Under the pieces are notes generated by a model that had not been told where the DNA came from, did no database searches, and worked only from the letters and a program-made list of their open reading frames with translations. A stretch of DNA of 64,000 bases from Eledone cirrhosa (Eukaryota), in the NCBI GenBank assembly GCA_964016885.1, contig OZ024740.1:108376001-108440000 (forward strand). Reading direction: 5' to 3'. How positions within the stretch are numbered: position 1 is the stretch's first letter; each line of letters begins with the position of its first letter. The position numbers and the translations under genes are program-made. Below, one piece after another: positions 1-17,261 of the stretch.

Positions 1-1620
1 CAGGGACGTTTGTATGGTTATTTTAAATCCCCAGTCGCGGAAGAATCTGATTAATTGTTTCCGGACCCGATCTGTACTACTGGGGTTGTACCCTTTAAGG
101 GTAAGGAGCCCATCATCACGGTACAATCCACCACCGAATGCAGGAAACATATCAGTGAGTTTGGCTATTAGGAATAATCCTATAAGATCTGTGACCTCCG
201 CCGAATCCGTGGCGCCCATGCTGACGTCGAAGGGTGAGTCGGGAGCTCTTTTTATCCATTTAGAGTCGTCAAAGAGTAAGACTGTCTTCCTGGCGTGGAG
301 GATGATTTTTCTTTCCTGGTCGGTGATGGGCACAAGTGTTTCGGCGAAGTCCAAGGCGGCAGTAAGTAGCGGTAAGGCGGGGGGGGTAGACTAGGGCTAT
401 AACACCCCACTTGCTGACTTTGCAATGGGTAACCCCTGCTTGCCAAGGGAGACGTAAGATCTTCTTTGTATTCTTTTATCGCTTCCTTTATTTCCTTCCT
501 TCCCCCCTCTCTCCTTAGTCCTTCTACCCCAGCTCTTCTCCTTTGTCGACGTCTTTTCTCGCCCACCCGAGGCTGCCCTTTGGCCCCTTGTAGCCTTAGT
601 ACCCCTACCCCCTCCCCTAGTCTAGGATAGATTTGGCGGACTCCGCCCTTTATAGCAGTTGGTTTAGACCCCGGATACTTGTCCCCTTTTTCCGACCGCT
701 CCCACTATTCTCTGTGCCCTCTATATTTCTTAGTGGCACTTATGCCTTATTTTTTCGTTTCAGTATTTCTTTCTTCGCTTTTCTTTTGGGCGGGGTGGAT
801 TCTGAATTTATTCTTCCGTATTCTACCTTTACTTCGTACGAACTTTCATGTAGCTTGTTTTAGATCTTTTAGAGTTAGCATTAGTTTATATTTTTCTCGG
901 GACTCAGAATTATTATCTCGTATTAGTTCACTTTGCTGCACTGGGTGGTGGCTGGAATTGTACCCGGGATGGAAACCTTTATTGTCTATTTCGTGGTAGT
1001 CTCTTTAGTATTTTGGCCCCTTTTGTTGACCCGTCACCGTATCATTTACGTACTTATACCTCTTAAAAGGGTCCTCGCCTATACCGTCCCACCTAGTTCT
1101 TTTACTTATTTCGTTATTTCTTTATTTCTTTCTTTACTTCTTTCTTTCTTTATTTATTTATTTATTCCAGACTAACAATAGCTAGAGACCTAGGTCGTAG
1201 AATTTAATTTACTTTACTTTTTTCTTTACACTCATTTGTTTTTCTTTACACTTATTTGCTTTTCTTCACTCTCTTTCCTATATATTTCTACCCCCCATTG
1301 TTCTACCTACCGTTCCGACTTCCTCCCCCTCCCTTGTATCTTCTTTGACCTCATGCCCAGCTGTAGCTGGCACTACAAACGCTTGATTGGGGCTACTCCA
1401 CCCCCTCCCCTCTTTCTCCTACTGGCTGGTTTAGCCACCATCTCCCCTACTAATTTGCAACCACAGAATTACTACTGATTTTTGACAATCACTTTGACCA
1501 TATATGGAATTACCCCTTGAGAAGATCGGCTATTTAAATACCAGGATAAATTTTCATTTAGTCCAGAATTAGCCGTCGAAACGGCTTGAGCTCAGCTGTC
1601 GGGGTCTTACTGGTTCCTAT
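1..1620 (-). mobile_element. Penelope-like element (Naiad-like), degenerate; RT fragment plus inverted pLTR, runs off window start
   Basis: Minus strand of ~1-370 translates ...IILHARKTVLLF...FDVSMGATDSAEVTDLIGLFL...GGLYRDDGLLT, matching the RT at 52223-53749. Segment 1085-1620 is homologous (reverse complement) to 7133-7630 and carries an HHR. Confidence 0.8.
1512..1605 (+). ncRNA. Type I hammerhead ribozyme, U3-A8 core variant
   Basis: acccc-TTGAGAA-gatcggcta...tagccgtc-GAAA-cggct tgagctc agctg-TC-ggggt: stems I, II and III all pair, with a GUC cleavage triplet. Confidence 0.75.
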
Positions 1621-1902
1621 ATTTATATATATATATATTTATATATATTTATATATATATATGTATATATAAATATATATATATATATATTTATATATTT
1701 CGTTTCTGAATTTGTTTAGCAAGATTCTTTATTTGAAATTGTGTGTTGAAACCGATATTGTTATACTTTGGGAGGGTCATGTTGCCAATAAGAAACACAC
1801 GCACCAGTTGCTTTCACTTCAATTTATTATAATAAATTTATAATAAATTTATAAATTTCTGGTTGGTTGGTTGGTTCCACAACCAGATAGTTGTTTATAT
1901 AT

Positions 1903-1947
1903 AGTCATAGTTCTTTCGTCACACACTCTGTGACCTCTTCAGTGACT
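1903..1947 (-). ncRNA. Minimal type I hammerhead ribozyme in 3' pLTR
   Basis: Reverse complement reads agtca-CTGAAGA-g gtcac agagtgt gtgac-GAAA-gaac-TA-tgact. Confidence 0.75.
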
Positions 1948-2147
1948 GGGGATTCCTTTCTTTGTTTCTGTGCCTCTCTTTTGTTCTGTCCTACGCCATT
2001 TTGTTTCTGTGTGTGTGTTGTGTGCTCAGTCTGCGCATGCGCCACATCCGGGTGTCTGTGTGTGTTTATGTTCATTTATTTATTTGTTTATTTACATGTT
2101 ACTGGTTGGTTGTTTGTTCTATATGTGTGTGTGTTTTCATTTTGTCC

Positions 2148-3038
2148 TTAATTGTAAGTTGTGATGTTGCTGTTCCACTCATATTTTCTATTTAATTTTG
2201 GTTGTAATTCTTTTATGTTTATTGCCTCTGTAATTTGTCTAAACATTGCGTCTTTTCTGTGTGTAGATTCTATTTTTATTTCTATGTTCTCTAATTTACC
2301 CTTGTGTTCTATTTTAGCATGTTGGTAGAGTACAGATGATTCTTTATTATCTTGAAGGTCTCGCCAGTGTTCATTTATCCGTTCCCCTACACTATGGGCT
2401 GTCTCACCTATGTACACTATATTTTTGTCTCTACATTGTCCTTCAGTACATCTTATGCTATACACTACATTTCTAGTTTTACAGTTAATATGGGGGCTTA
2501 TTTTACAGGTTATACATTTCTTATCTATACATGAAGGTCTTTGAAAAGGGTATGTCTTGCTAATAAGTGTTTTTACGGAGGTACCTGGTCTTTCTACTAT
2601 CTTAATATTGAGTTTATGTATATTTAGGGCCCTTCTAAATTTGTAAGCTAATTCACCCCTAGGGGTTGTATCGATAAACATTACACTCTGGTATTTATTG
2701 CTATCATACCATGAGTTTATTCTATTAGCCTTGTTCCTAGTTCTTTCTATTCTATTCCAAAATTTGCTCCTATACAAGGGGCAGGTCCCATTTATGTCGT
2801 TATTTACCATTTTTTCCCATTTGGTTCTGGCTCCTCTATACACTCTGATTTTATCTCTCTGATTGTAGCCAGAGAACTGCATACGGTGGATGAAGTGTTG
2901 TATGTGTCTCTCTAGTTCTTCGGGGTTGCACATGCGGGACACATTTCTCATCACCCGTACCAAATCCACAATCAGTATGTTGATTTTGGTATGGTCCGAA
3001 ACGGCCGAGTTTCGGTGGATCAGATGTTTGGAAGTCAT
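2148..3038 (-). CDS. PLE ORF C-terminal part: RT thumb, Cys-rich linker, GIY-YIG endonuclease (Neptune/Nematis-like)
   Basis: C..KCITC....NC linker, VVYSIRC...YIGETAHSVGERINEH, RQITEAINI...LNRKYEW. Upstream RT part is frameshifted and truncated. Confidence 0.85.
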   Translation of the reverse strand: MTSKHLIHRNSAVSDHTKINILIVDLVRVMRNVSRMCNPEELERHIQHFIHRMQFSGYNQRDKIRVYRGARTKWEKMVNNDINGTCPLYRSKFWNRIERTRNKANRINSWYDSNKYQSVMFIDTTPRGELAYKFRRALNIHKLNIKIVERPGTSVKTLISKTYPFQRPSCIDKKCITCKISPHINCKTRNVVYSIRCTEGQCRDKNIVYIGETAHSVGERINEHWRDLQDNKESSVLYQHAKIEHKGKLENIEIKIESTHRKDAMFRQITEAINIKELQPKLNRKYEWNSNITTYN

Positions 3039-3412
3039 GGGTTTGGCATAATGGGAATGGAGGATTTGTTTTTTGTTGTTAATGGTATCTAACCAGAGCT
3101 CTGTGTATAGTACAGGTAATCGATTTTTGGGGTATAGTAACTCTAATGCTCTGGTGGATGGAGTTTGCTATTTGCTGGATGCTTTCCATTGTGTTTTTCT
3201 CTAGTTCCTGACTGTTCTCTAGTGGGGGTGTCTTAACTACGATGTTTATATCATCTACGTAGCGGGAGTACATTATCAGGGTTAAGGGGTCTTCTAATTG
3301 TTCTGCATGCACAGACTGAGCACACAACACACACACAGAAACAAAATGGCATAGGACAGAACAAAGGAGAGGCACAGAAACAAAGAAAGGAATCCCCAGT
3401 CACTGAATCCCC

Positions 3413-3457
3413 AGTCACTGAAGAGGTCACAGAGTGTGTGACGAAAGAACTATGACT
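3413..3457 (+). ncRNA. Minimal type I hammerhead ribozyme in inverted pLTR
   Basis: agtca-CTGAAGA-ggtcacagagtgtgtgac-GAAA-gaac-TA-tgact. Confidence 0.75.
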
Positions 3458-3601
3458 ATATATAAACAATTATCTGGTTGTGGAACCAACCAACCAACCA
3501 GAAATTTATAAATTTATAAGTTTATTATAATAAATTGAAGTGAAAGCAACTGGTGCGTGTGTTTCTTATTGGCAACATGACCCTCCCAAAGTATAACAAT
3601 A

Positions 3602-5222
<1,621 letters not shown>

Positions 5223-6176
5223 ATCATCATCATCATCAACGTTTAACATCCGTGTTCCACGCTTGCATGGGTTTGGACGGGGGTAGTCCCACTTGAGGCA
5301 AGAGTGATTGTCTTGCTCGCATAGGACTGTCTGGCAGGTTTTCTACAGTTGGATGCCCTTCCTAACACCAACTACATTTACAGTGTGGGTCTGGGAGGTT
5401 TTTACCGTGTTGCCTACATGGCCACGTTACAGCGTGGACTGTGTGTTTTTTTGTCGTGACACCTACACGATCTCATTTGTTTCGGCCTGGATGGTGTGGC
5501 ACCAACACAACTTTACATAGAACGGGGTGGCGTGGATGGGGTGGGGGTGGTCGGACGGGGGGGGGGGGTTGTTAGAGATGTCTACTGGCTGTAGTAGGCT
5601 TTACTATGTATTTAGGTAAGGCGGGTCTTCTCTGTTACTGAGTACCGTCAAAGGTCTCGGTCCAGTGACATTGTCTTGGAGAGGTGTAAGTGTGTGAGGT
5701 CGGAGTTTATCAGCTCGTCCCAGGTTTTTCTAGGTCGGCCTATTCCGTGGCTACCGTCTATCTTTATTGCCCTGCACTTTGTTATACAGCTATCGACTTT
5801 CATGCGCATCACGTGTCCATACCAACGTAGCCTTCTCTCGAGTAAACAACATCTGATCCCTCTTATTTCTCATTTTTTCCTTAGTTCGTTTATGCTTTGC
5901 CGTTCACGTATATTACTGTTACACATCCAACGGATCATGCAAGCTTCGTTCCTCTCTAGTCTGCGTATATCCTCTGCACACAATGCCCAGGTCTCACTGC
6001 CATGCAGCATTGCTGTTCGTATGCAGCCATCGTACAACCTGCCTTTCATTTTTAGGGAGAACCCTTTAGCAGCTAATAGTGGTATAAGCTCTCTGAACTT
6101 TTTCCAACCAGTTATGACTCTAGCTACTGTACTTTCAGAGCACCCTCCCCCACTGCTGATTTTATCACCCAGGTAA
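5223..6176 (-). mobile_element. RTE-clade LINE 3' fragment (family A)
   Basis: Reverse complement of the 39300-40285 region, with (GAT)n tail at 5223. Confidence 0.9.
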
Positions 6177-6202
6177 TATTTATATTTATATATATATATA
6201 TT

Positions 6203-7076
6203 TCATCATCATCATCATCATCATCAGGTTTAGCGTCCGTGTTCCACGCTTGCATGGGTTTGGACGGGGATTTTCCCACTTGAGGCAAGAGTGGTTGTCT
6301 TGCTCGCATAGGACTGTCTGGCGGGTTTTCTACAGTTGGATGCCCTTCCTAACACCAACCACATTTACAGTGTGGGGCTGGGAGGTTTTTACCGTGTTGC
6401 CTACACGGCCACATTACAGCGTGGACTGTCTGGCGGGTTTTCTACAGCTGGATGCCCTTCCTAACACCAACCACATTTACAGTGTGGGGCTGGGAGGTTT
6501 TTACCGTGTTGCCTACACGGCCACATTTACAGCGTGGACTGTGTGTTTTTTTGTCGTGACACCTACACGATCTCATTTGTTTCGGCCTGGATGTTGTGGG
6601 ACCAACATGACTGTACATTGAAAGGGGCGGTGTGGATGGGGTGGAGGTGGTGGGACGGGGGGGTGTGTTGATAGAGATGCCTACTGACTTTGTATTTAGG
6701 TAAGGCGGGTCTTCTCTATTACTGAGTACCGCCAAAGGTCTCGGTCCAGTGACATTGTCTTGGAGAGGTGTAAGCGTGTGAGGTCGGAATTTATCAGCTC
6801 GTCCCATGTTTATCTGGGTCTGCCTACTCCGTGGCTACCGTCTATCTTTATTGCCCTGCACTTTGTTATACAGCTGTCGTCTTTCATGCGCATCACGTGA
6901 CCGTACCAACGTAGCCTTCTCTCGAGTAAACAACATCTGATCCCTCTTATTTCTAATTTTTTCCTTAGTTCGTTTATGCTTTGCCGTTCACGTATATTAC
7001 TATTGCACATCCAGCGGAGCATGCAGGCTTCGTTCCTCTCTAGTCTGCGTATATCCTCTGCACACAATGCCCAGGT
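6203..7076 (-). mobile_element. RTE-clade LINE 3' fragment (family A variant with duplicated 3'UTR block)
   Basis: CAEDIRRLERNEACMLRWMC...RRLRWYGHV, (GAT)n tail, tandem duplication of the ggatgcccttcctaacacc block. Confidence 0.9.
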
Positions 7077-7132
7077 ATATTTATATTTATATTTTTATAT
7101 ATATATATATTTATATATATATATATATTTAT

Positions 7133-7630
7133 ATAGGAACGAGTAGGACCCCGACGGCTGAGCTCAAGCCGTTTTGACAGCTAATTCTGGACTAAATGAA
7201 AATTTTTATCCTGGTATTTGAATAGCCAAGCTTCTCAAGGGGTAATTCCATATATGGTAAAGGTGATTGTCACAAGGATTGGTCAAAAGTTTGTTGTTGA
7301 GACATAATAATTCTATGAAGGCAATTTGTGGAGGGAGGGGTAGCTGAACCTGCCAGTAGGAGAAAGAGGGAGAGGGGGTGGAGGAGACCCAGTCATGCGT
7401 TGATGGTGCCGACTACAGCTGGGCATGAGGTCAAAGAAGATACTAGGGAGGGGGAGGGGGAGGAAGTCGAAACAGTAAGTAAAACAATATGGGGTAAATA
7501 TATAGAAAAATACTGAGAGTGTTAAAAAGCAATTAAATGTAAAAAAAAAATAAACAATTTCAGGTTACTACGACCTAAGTCTCTCACTGGTACTGCTAGG
7601 CTAAAGAAAGGTTTACTAGGTGGGACGGAA
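7133..7630 (-). mobile_element. Solo pLTR of the PLE family at 1-1620 with a mutated hammerhead (7148-7243)
   Basis: Reverse complement homology to 1085-1620. HHR stems conserved but GAAA reads AAAA. Confidence 0.75.
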
Positions 7631-7639
7631 TTATAATGA

Positions 7640-9766
<2,127 letters not shown>

Positions 9767-10206
9767 TTAGAAAGTGAGGTTTTTTTTACAAAATGAAAAA
9801 TAACCGAGGTGTCCTACACGAGTTAAAGCATAAAGAAAAAGAGATGAAATCGAAAATGCAACTGGAGTCTTATTTTTTTTTTTTTTAAATATATATATTT
9901 ATTTGGTTCCTTTACCGGTTTCGCAGTTCTTCTGCTTTTCAAAAGGTGAGTTGAGATGGAGGGTCTGTGGTTTTTCTCACATCTGGTTGGTCTCTGAATG
10001 TTACTTGTTTTATATGGAGCGACTTTTTCCATATAAAACAAGTAACATTCAGAGACCAACCAAATGTGAAAAAAACCACAGACCCTCCATCTCAACTCAC
10101 CTTTTGAAAAGCAGAAGAACTGCGAAACCGGTAAAGGAACCAAATAAATATATATATTTTTTTAAAATAAGACTCCAGTTGCATTTTCGATTTCATCTCT
10201 TTTTCT
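9767..10206. mobile_element. Palindromic ORF-less pLTR/retrozyme-like remnant with two inverted hammerheads
   Basis: 9834-10018 is the reverse complement of 10028-10206, with centre near 10022. HHRs at 9909-9946 (-) and 10100-10137 (+). Other pieces of the family lie at 17078-17160 and 54093-54230. Confidence 0.8.
10100..10137 (+). ncRNA. Minimal type I hammerhead, U3-A8 variant (copies at 9909-9946 - and 54122-54159 +)
   Basis: cctt-TTGAAAA-gcag aagaa ctgc-GAAA-ccgg-TA-aagg, with palindromic stem III. Confidence 0.78.
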
Positions 10207-10280
10207 ATATATATATATATATATATATATTTATTTATATATATATTTATTTATATATATATATATATATTTATATATAT

Positions 10281-10592
10281 GTAGGCAACACGGTAAAAAC
10301 CTCCCAGCCCCACACTGTAAATGTGGTTGGTATTAGGAAGGGCATCCAGCTGTAGAAAACCCGCCAGACAGTCCACGCTGTAATGTGGCCGTGTAGGCAA
10401 CACGGTAAAAACCTCCCAGCCCCACACTGTAAATGTGGTTGGTGTTAGGAAGGGCATCCAACTGTAGAAAACCCGCCAGACAGTCCTATGCGAGCAAGAC
10501 AACCACTCTTGCCTCAAGTGGGAAAACCCCACGTCCAAACCCATGCAAGCGTGGAACACGGACGCTAAACCTGATGATGATGATGATGATGA
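10281..10592 (+). mobile_element. RTE 3'UTR fragment with (GAT)n tail
   Basis: Matches the 3'UTR of the variant at 6203-6560 and 51070-51385. Confidence 0.85.
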
Positions 10593-10626
10593 TATATTTA
10601 TTTATATATATATTTATTTATATATA

Positions 10627-10679
<53 letters not shown>

Positions 10680-10696
10680 TTATTTATATATATATT

Positions 10697-10755
<59 letters not shown>

Positions 10756-10799
10756 TTATATATATTTATTTATATATATATATATATATTTATTTATAT

Positions 10800-10966
10800 A
10801 TCATCATCATCATCATCAACGTTTAACGTCCGTGTTCCACGCTTGCATGGGTTTGGACGGGGGTAGTCCCACTTGAGGCAAGAGTGATTGTCTTGCTCGC
10901 ATAGGACTGTCTGGCAGGTTTTCTACAGTTGGATGCCCTTCCTAACACCAACCACATTTACAGTGT
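10800..10966 (-). mobile_element. RTE 3' terminal fragment
   Basis: Matches 40120-40285 in reverse complement. Confidence 0.85.
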
Positions 10967-13355
<2,389 letters not shown>

Positions 13356-16300
13356 TACTCTTTTACTATTTTACCTGTTTCAGCCATCCAGCTGAGGCCA
13401 TGCTGGGGCACCGCCCTTGTTGCTACACATTTTATCTCCAGCCTGTATAGGTTGGCCACTGGTGTAGGAGGGAGTTTGTTGCTGCTGCCCTTAGGTTTCC
13501 CTCGTGTCTTGCTGTGGGCTCATCCGGGATCCTGGATAACAAGGTGTCGAGATGTTTCTTAAAGACATCCACCTCCACGTCATGCAAGTCTCGCAGATGC
13601 CTCGGCAGCCTGTTGAAGAGTTGAGGGCCCTTGAATCCCAGGCTATTGCAATACCTGCTCCTTATTCTAGATGTGGAAGACGGGACCTTTGGCACCACAC
13701 TGTGACGTCCTGTTCGACGGTTGGTCCAGCTCCCAATGCCAAAGTTTGGTGCTAGTCCCTCCAGGATTTTCCACATGTAGATCACTGCGTATCTCTCCCG
13801 TCTTCGCTCCAAGGAGTAGAGGTTCATTTCCTTCAGCCTCTCCCAGTAGCTTGTCTCCCTCATCTTGGCAATCCTCTTGGTGTAGCTTCGCTGGATTGCC
13901 TCAAGCTCCGTGGTTAGTTTGACACTATGGGGTGACCACAGCTGGGAGCAGTAGTCCAGGCGGCTTAGGACAAAAGTCCTCCATAGTGTCAACATGGTGT
14001 CTCGATCTCTTGTAAGGAAAGTCCTCAAGATCCAGCCAGCGAATCGTCTACATGCTGTCGCCACCTTCATGATGTGTGAAGAAAAAGATGCATCATCGCT
14101 CATGTCTATGCCCAGGTCTCGTATTGATTTTGACACGGGGATATCGGTCCCTCCTGGTCCTGTGTAGCTGTGTTCCGCTATATTTGTGTTTGTGTTTGCA
14201 GGTTTGTATTGTAGGGCTTGGAATTTGCCAGCATTAAACTGCATGTGTTTTTCTTCCGCCCATCTGTATATGGCATCCAGATCCTGCTGTAAGAGGGCAG
14301 CGTCAGCCGGGTTTTTGATTGCCTGTGCTACCTTAATGTCATCAGCATAGCTAGTGAGGGATGTTGTTGCATGCACCACAGAGGGCATGTCCGAGAGAGC
14401 CACCAAAAACAGTAGTGGTCCCAGGACTGTCCCCTGGGGCACCCCACTTGTTATCGGTGTTTCCCTCGAGAGGGCCCCATTTGCTGCGACTGCCTGGCTT
14501 CTGTCCCTTAGGAAGCCATGCAGCCACTCACCTACTTTTCCAGTTATGCCGAGTCCGTGTAGTTTGTGACATATCATTCCGTGGTCGACCTTGTCAAAGG
14601 CCTTCGCAAAGTCAAGATATATCACGTCTACATGTGAGCTGTCTAGTAGTTGCCTCAGTACCCAGTCGTAGTGATGTAGCAGCTGTGTAAGGCAGCTTCT
14701 TCCTGGGCGGAAGCCATGTTGCGTGCTAGTCAGGCGGTCATTTTCTTCGAGGAAAGTGATTAGTTTCTTTCTGACGACTCGCTCCATGACCTTACTGATA
14801 TGCGACGTCTGGGAGACTGGCCTATAGTTCTTGGCCTCCGCTCTACTACCTCCTTTATGGATAGGGCATATTGTGCCTTTCAGCTCCCTGGGTAGTACAC
14901 CGCTAGCCAAGGAGCTTCTGAAGAGCATCTTCAGTGGAGTTGCTAAGGCCCGCTTACATATTTTTAGGAGAACTGCTGGGAATCCATCAGGTCCAGCAGC
15001 CGAGTCTGTTCTAATTTCATCAATGGCGTACACCACATCCTCCTCCGTTATGTCTATGTGGTTGATGGTTGCCATTTCTTGATGTAGTGTTGTGGCATCA
15101 AAGAACTCCTCTGGCTTCGTTATTTGCATGTGCCTCAGTGGACATGTGAAGACACTTTTGTACTGTTCGTTCAGTATGTCACATATCTATTGGGGATTTT
15201 CGGTTAATGAACCGTCCGTGTGGAAGAGTGGTCCAATCTTGCAGTGTACTGAGGCAGTTTCTTTTGCAAATTTAAAGAAGGCCTTAGGGTTTGTTTTAAT
15301 GTTTTCTATGGCCCTGTTCTCTTTCCTTGCCCTCTCATTCTCATGTGAAAGCTTGAGTGCAATCTCGGTGTCAAGTAGTGCACGTTTCAAATAGGATTCC
15401 TTCTTGTTTTGGTTTTGTTGACTATTCAACTGGTTTGAGAGTTTAGTTCTACGTCTCATAAGGATTTTCCTATCTCTGGGAATAAGATTTTTGCGTCTGT
15501 TTGCCTCTTTCTCCGGGACACACTTTTTGCATATGGTGTGTATCGTTGTCATGAAGTGTTGAAATTGTGTGTTAGTGTCTTGTGTGGCGATGTTTGCACT
15601 CCATGTTTGCTTCCGGATTTCACTCTTAATCTTCTTCCAGTCAGCCCCGTAGAAGTTAAGGCTGGATAGCGTCCCGGAGCTTCTTGGTGGTTTTGTCTCT
15701 GTTGGTTCTCTTGGACCACATATCATTAGCTCTACCAAGTTATGATCCGAGAGAATTGTTGGTGTCACCTTTACATTGTGGATGAGCACTTCGTTGTTTG
15801 TAAAACAGAGGTCCAGGACATTTTCGCCTCTTGTTGGGAGAAGTATTGCTTGCTCCATGAACAGCCTGTGTGTGAGGTCCAGCAGGGATTCCGTCTGTCT
15901 CTGTTCTATTGACGTCATTCCAAGGAGGAGGTGGCCCTCAGGCCATTTGACCTTTGGTAGGTTGAAGTCTCCCAGCAGTAGGATGTTGAGACCCTGGTCC
16001 AGTTTGTCAAGGACCTCTTCTATCCTACTTAGGCTATCCTCAAATTTACCCTCATGACTGGGGGCATCGGGCGGCCGATATGTGACACATATTACTGTCT
16101 GTAGTTTCTTCATATGTATTATCAGTGTGTAACAGACTGAGTTTGAATGTGTCAACAGTACAATTGGTGTGACATCTTCACGGATATACAGAGCAACCCA
16201 CCATGAGTTCTCTCCTTCCTGTCCGAACGAAATACAGTATATTTCGGTATATGTATTTCTGCATCTGCTATACTGCTTGTCAGGTGCGTTTCGGTTAGTG

Positions 16301-16393
16301 CCATGCATAGTGCTTGATTGCTTATGGCTAAGTCTCCCAGGTAGGAAATTTTACTCATGTTGCTGAGTTTCACCAGGCCCCTGACATTCAGCA
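13356..16393 (-). mobile_element. CR1/L2-group LINE, ORF2 with frameshifts
   Basis: APE (LNVRGL, LLGDFN, SDH) and RT (QHGF, DFAKAFD, GVPQG, YADD) split over 16152-16394, 15187-16308 and 13432-15129. Near-identical to 42379-45420. Confidence 0.92.
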
Positions 16394-16400
16394 TATATAT

Positions 16401-16935
16401 ATCATCATCATCATCATCATCAACGTTTAACGTCCGTGTTCCATGCTTGCATGGGTTTGGACGGGGGTAGTCCCACTTGAGGCAAGAGTGATTGTCTTGC
16501 TCGCATAGGACTGTCTGGCAGGTTTTCTACAGTTGGATGCCCTTCCTAACACCCACCACATTTACAGTGTGGGTCTGGGAGGTTTTTACCGTGTTGCCTA
16601 CACGGCCACATTACAGCGTGGACTGTGTGTTTTTTTGTCGTGACACCTACACGATCTCATTTGTTTCGGCCTGGATGGCGCGGCACCAACATAACTTTAC
16701 ATAGAACGGGGTGGTGTGGATGGGGTGGGGGTGGTGGCGGGACGGGGTGTATTTTGTTAGAGATGCCTACTGGCAAGGCGGGTCTTCTCTGTTACTGAGT
16801 ACCGCCAAAGGTCCCGGTCCAGTGACATTGTCTTGGAGAGGTGTAAGTGTGTGAGGTCGGAGTTTATCAGCTCATCCCAGGTTTTTCTAGGTCTGCCTAT
16901 TCCGTGGCTACCGTCTATCTTCATTGCCCTGCACT
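16401..16935 (-). mobile_element. RTE 3' fragment
   Basis: (GAT)n tail and family A 3'UTR. Confidence 0.88.
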
Positions 16936-17019
16936 TATATATATATATATTTATATATTTATATATATTTATATATTTATATATATATATATATATATTT
17001 ATATATTTATATATATGTT

Positions 17020-17052
<33 letters not shown>

Positions 17053-17183
17053 ATATTTATATATATATTTATATATATTTCATCTCTTTTTCTTTATACT
17101 TTCACTCGTGTAGGACACCTCGGTTATTTTTCATTTTGTAAAAAAAACCTCACTTTCTAATATATATAAATAAATATATATAA

Positions 17184-17220
<37 letters not shown>

Positions 17221-17261
17221 TATAAATATATATATATATATATATAAATATATAAATATAT

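Larger units (their letters stand above)
1700..3601 (-). mobile_element. Penelope-like element, 5'-truncated, with GIY-YIG endonuclease and inverted pLTR
   Basis: RT motif YSRYVDD at ~3260, then thumb and endonuclease ORF. About 290-bp inverted repeats at 1756-2040 and 3305-3601, each with an HHR. Flanked by (TA)n. Confidence 0.88.
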
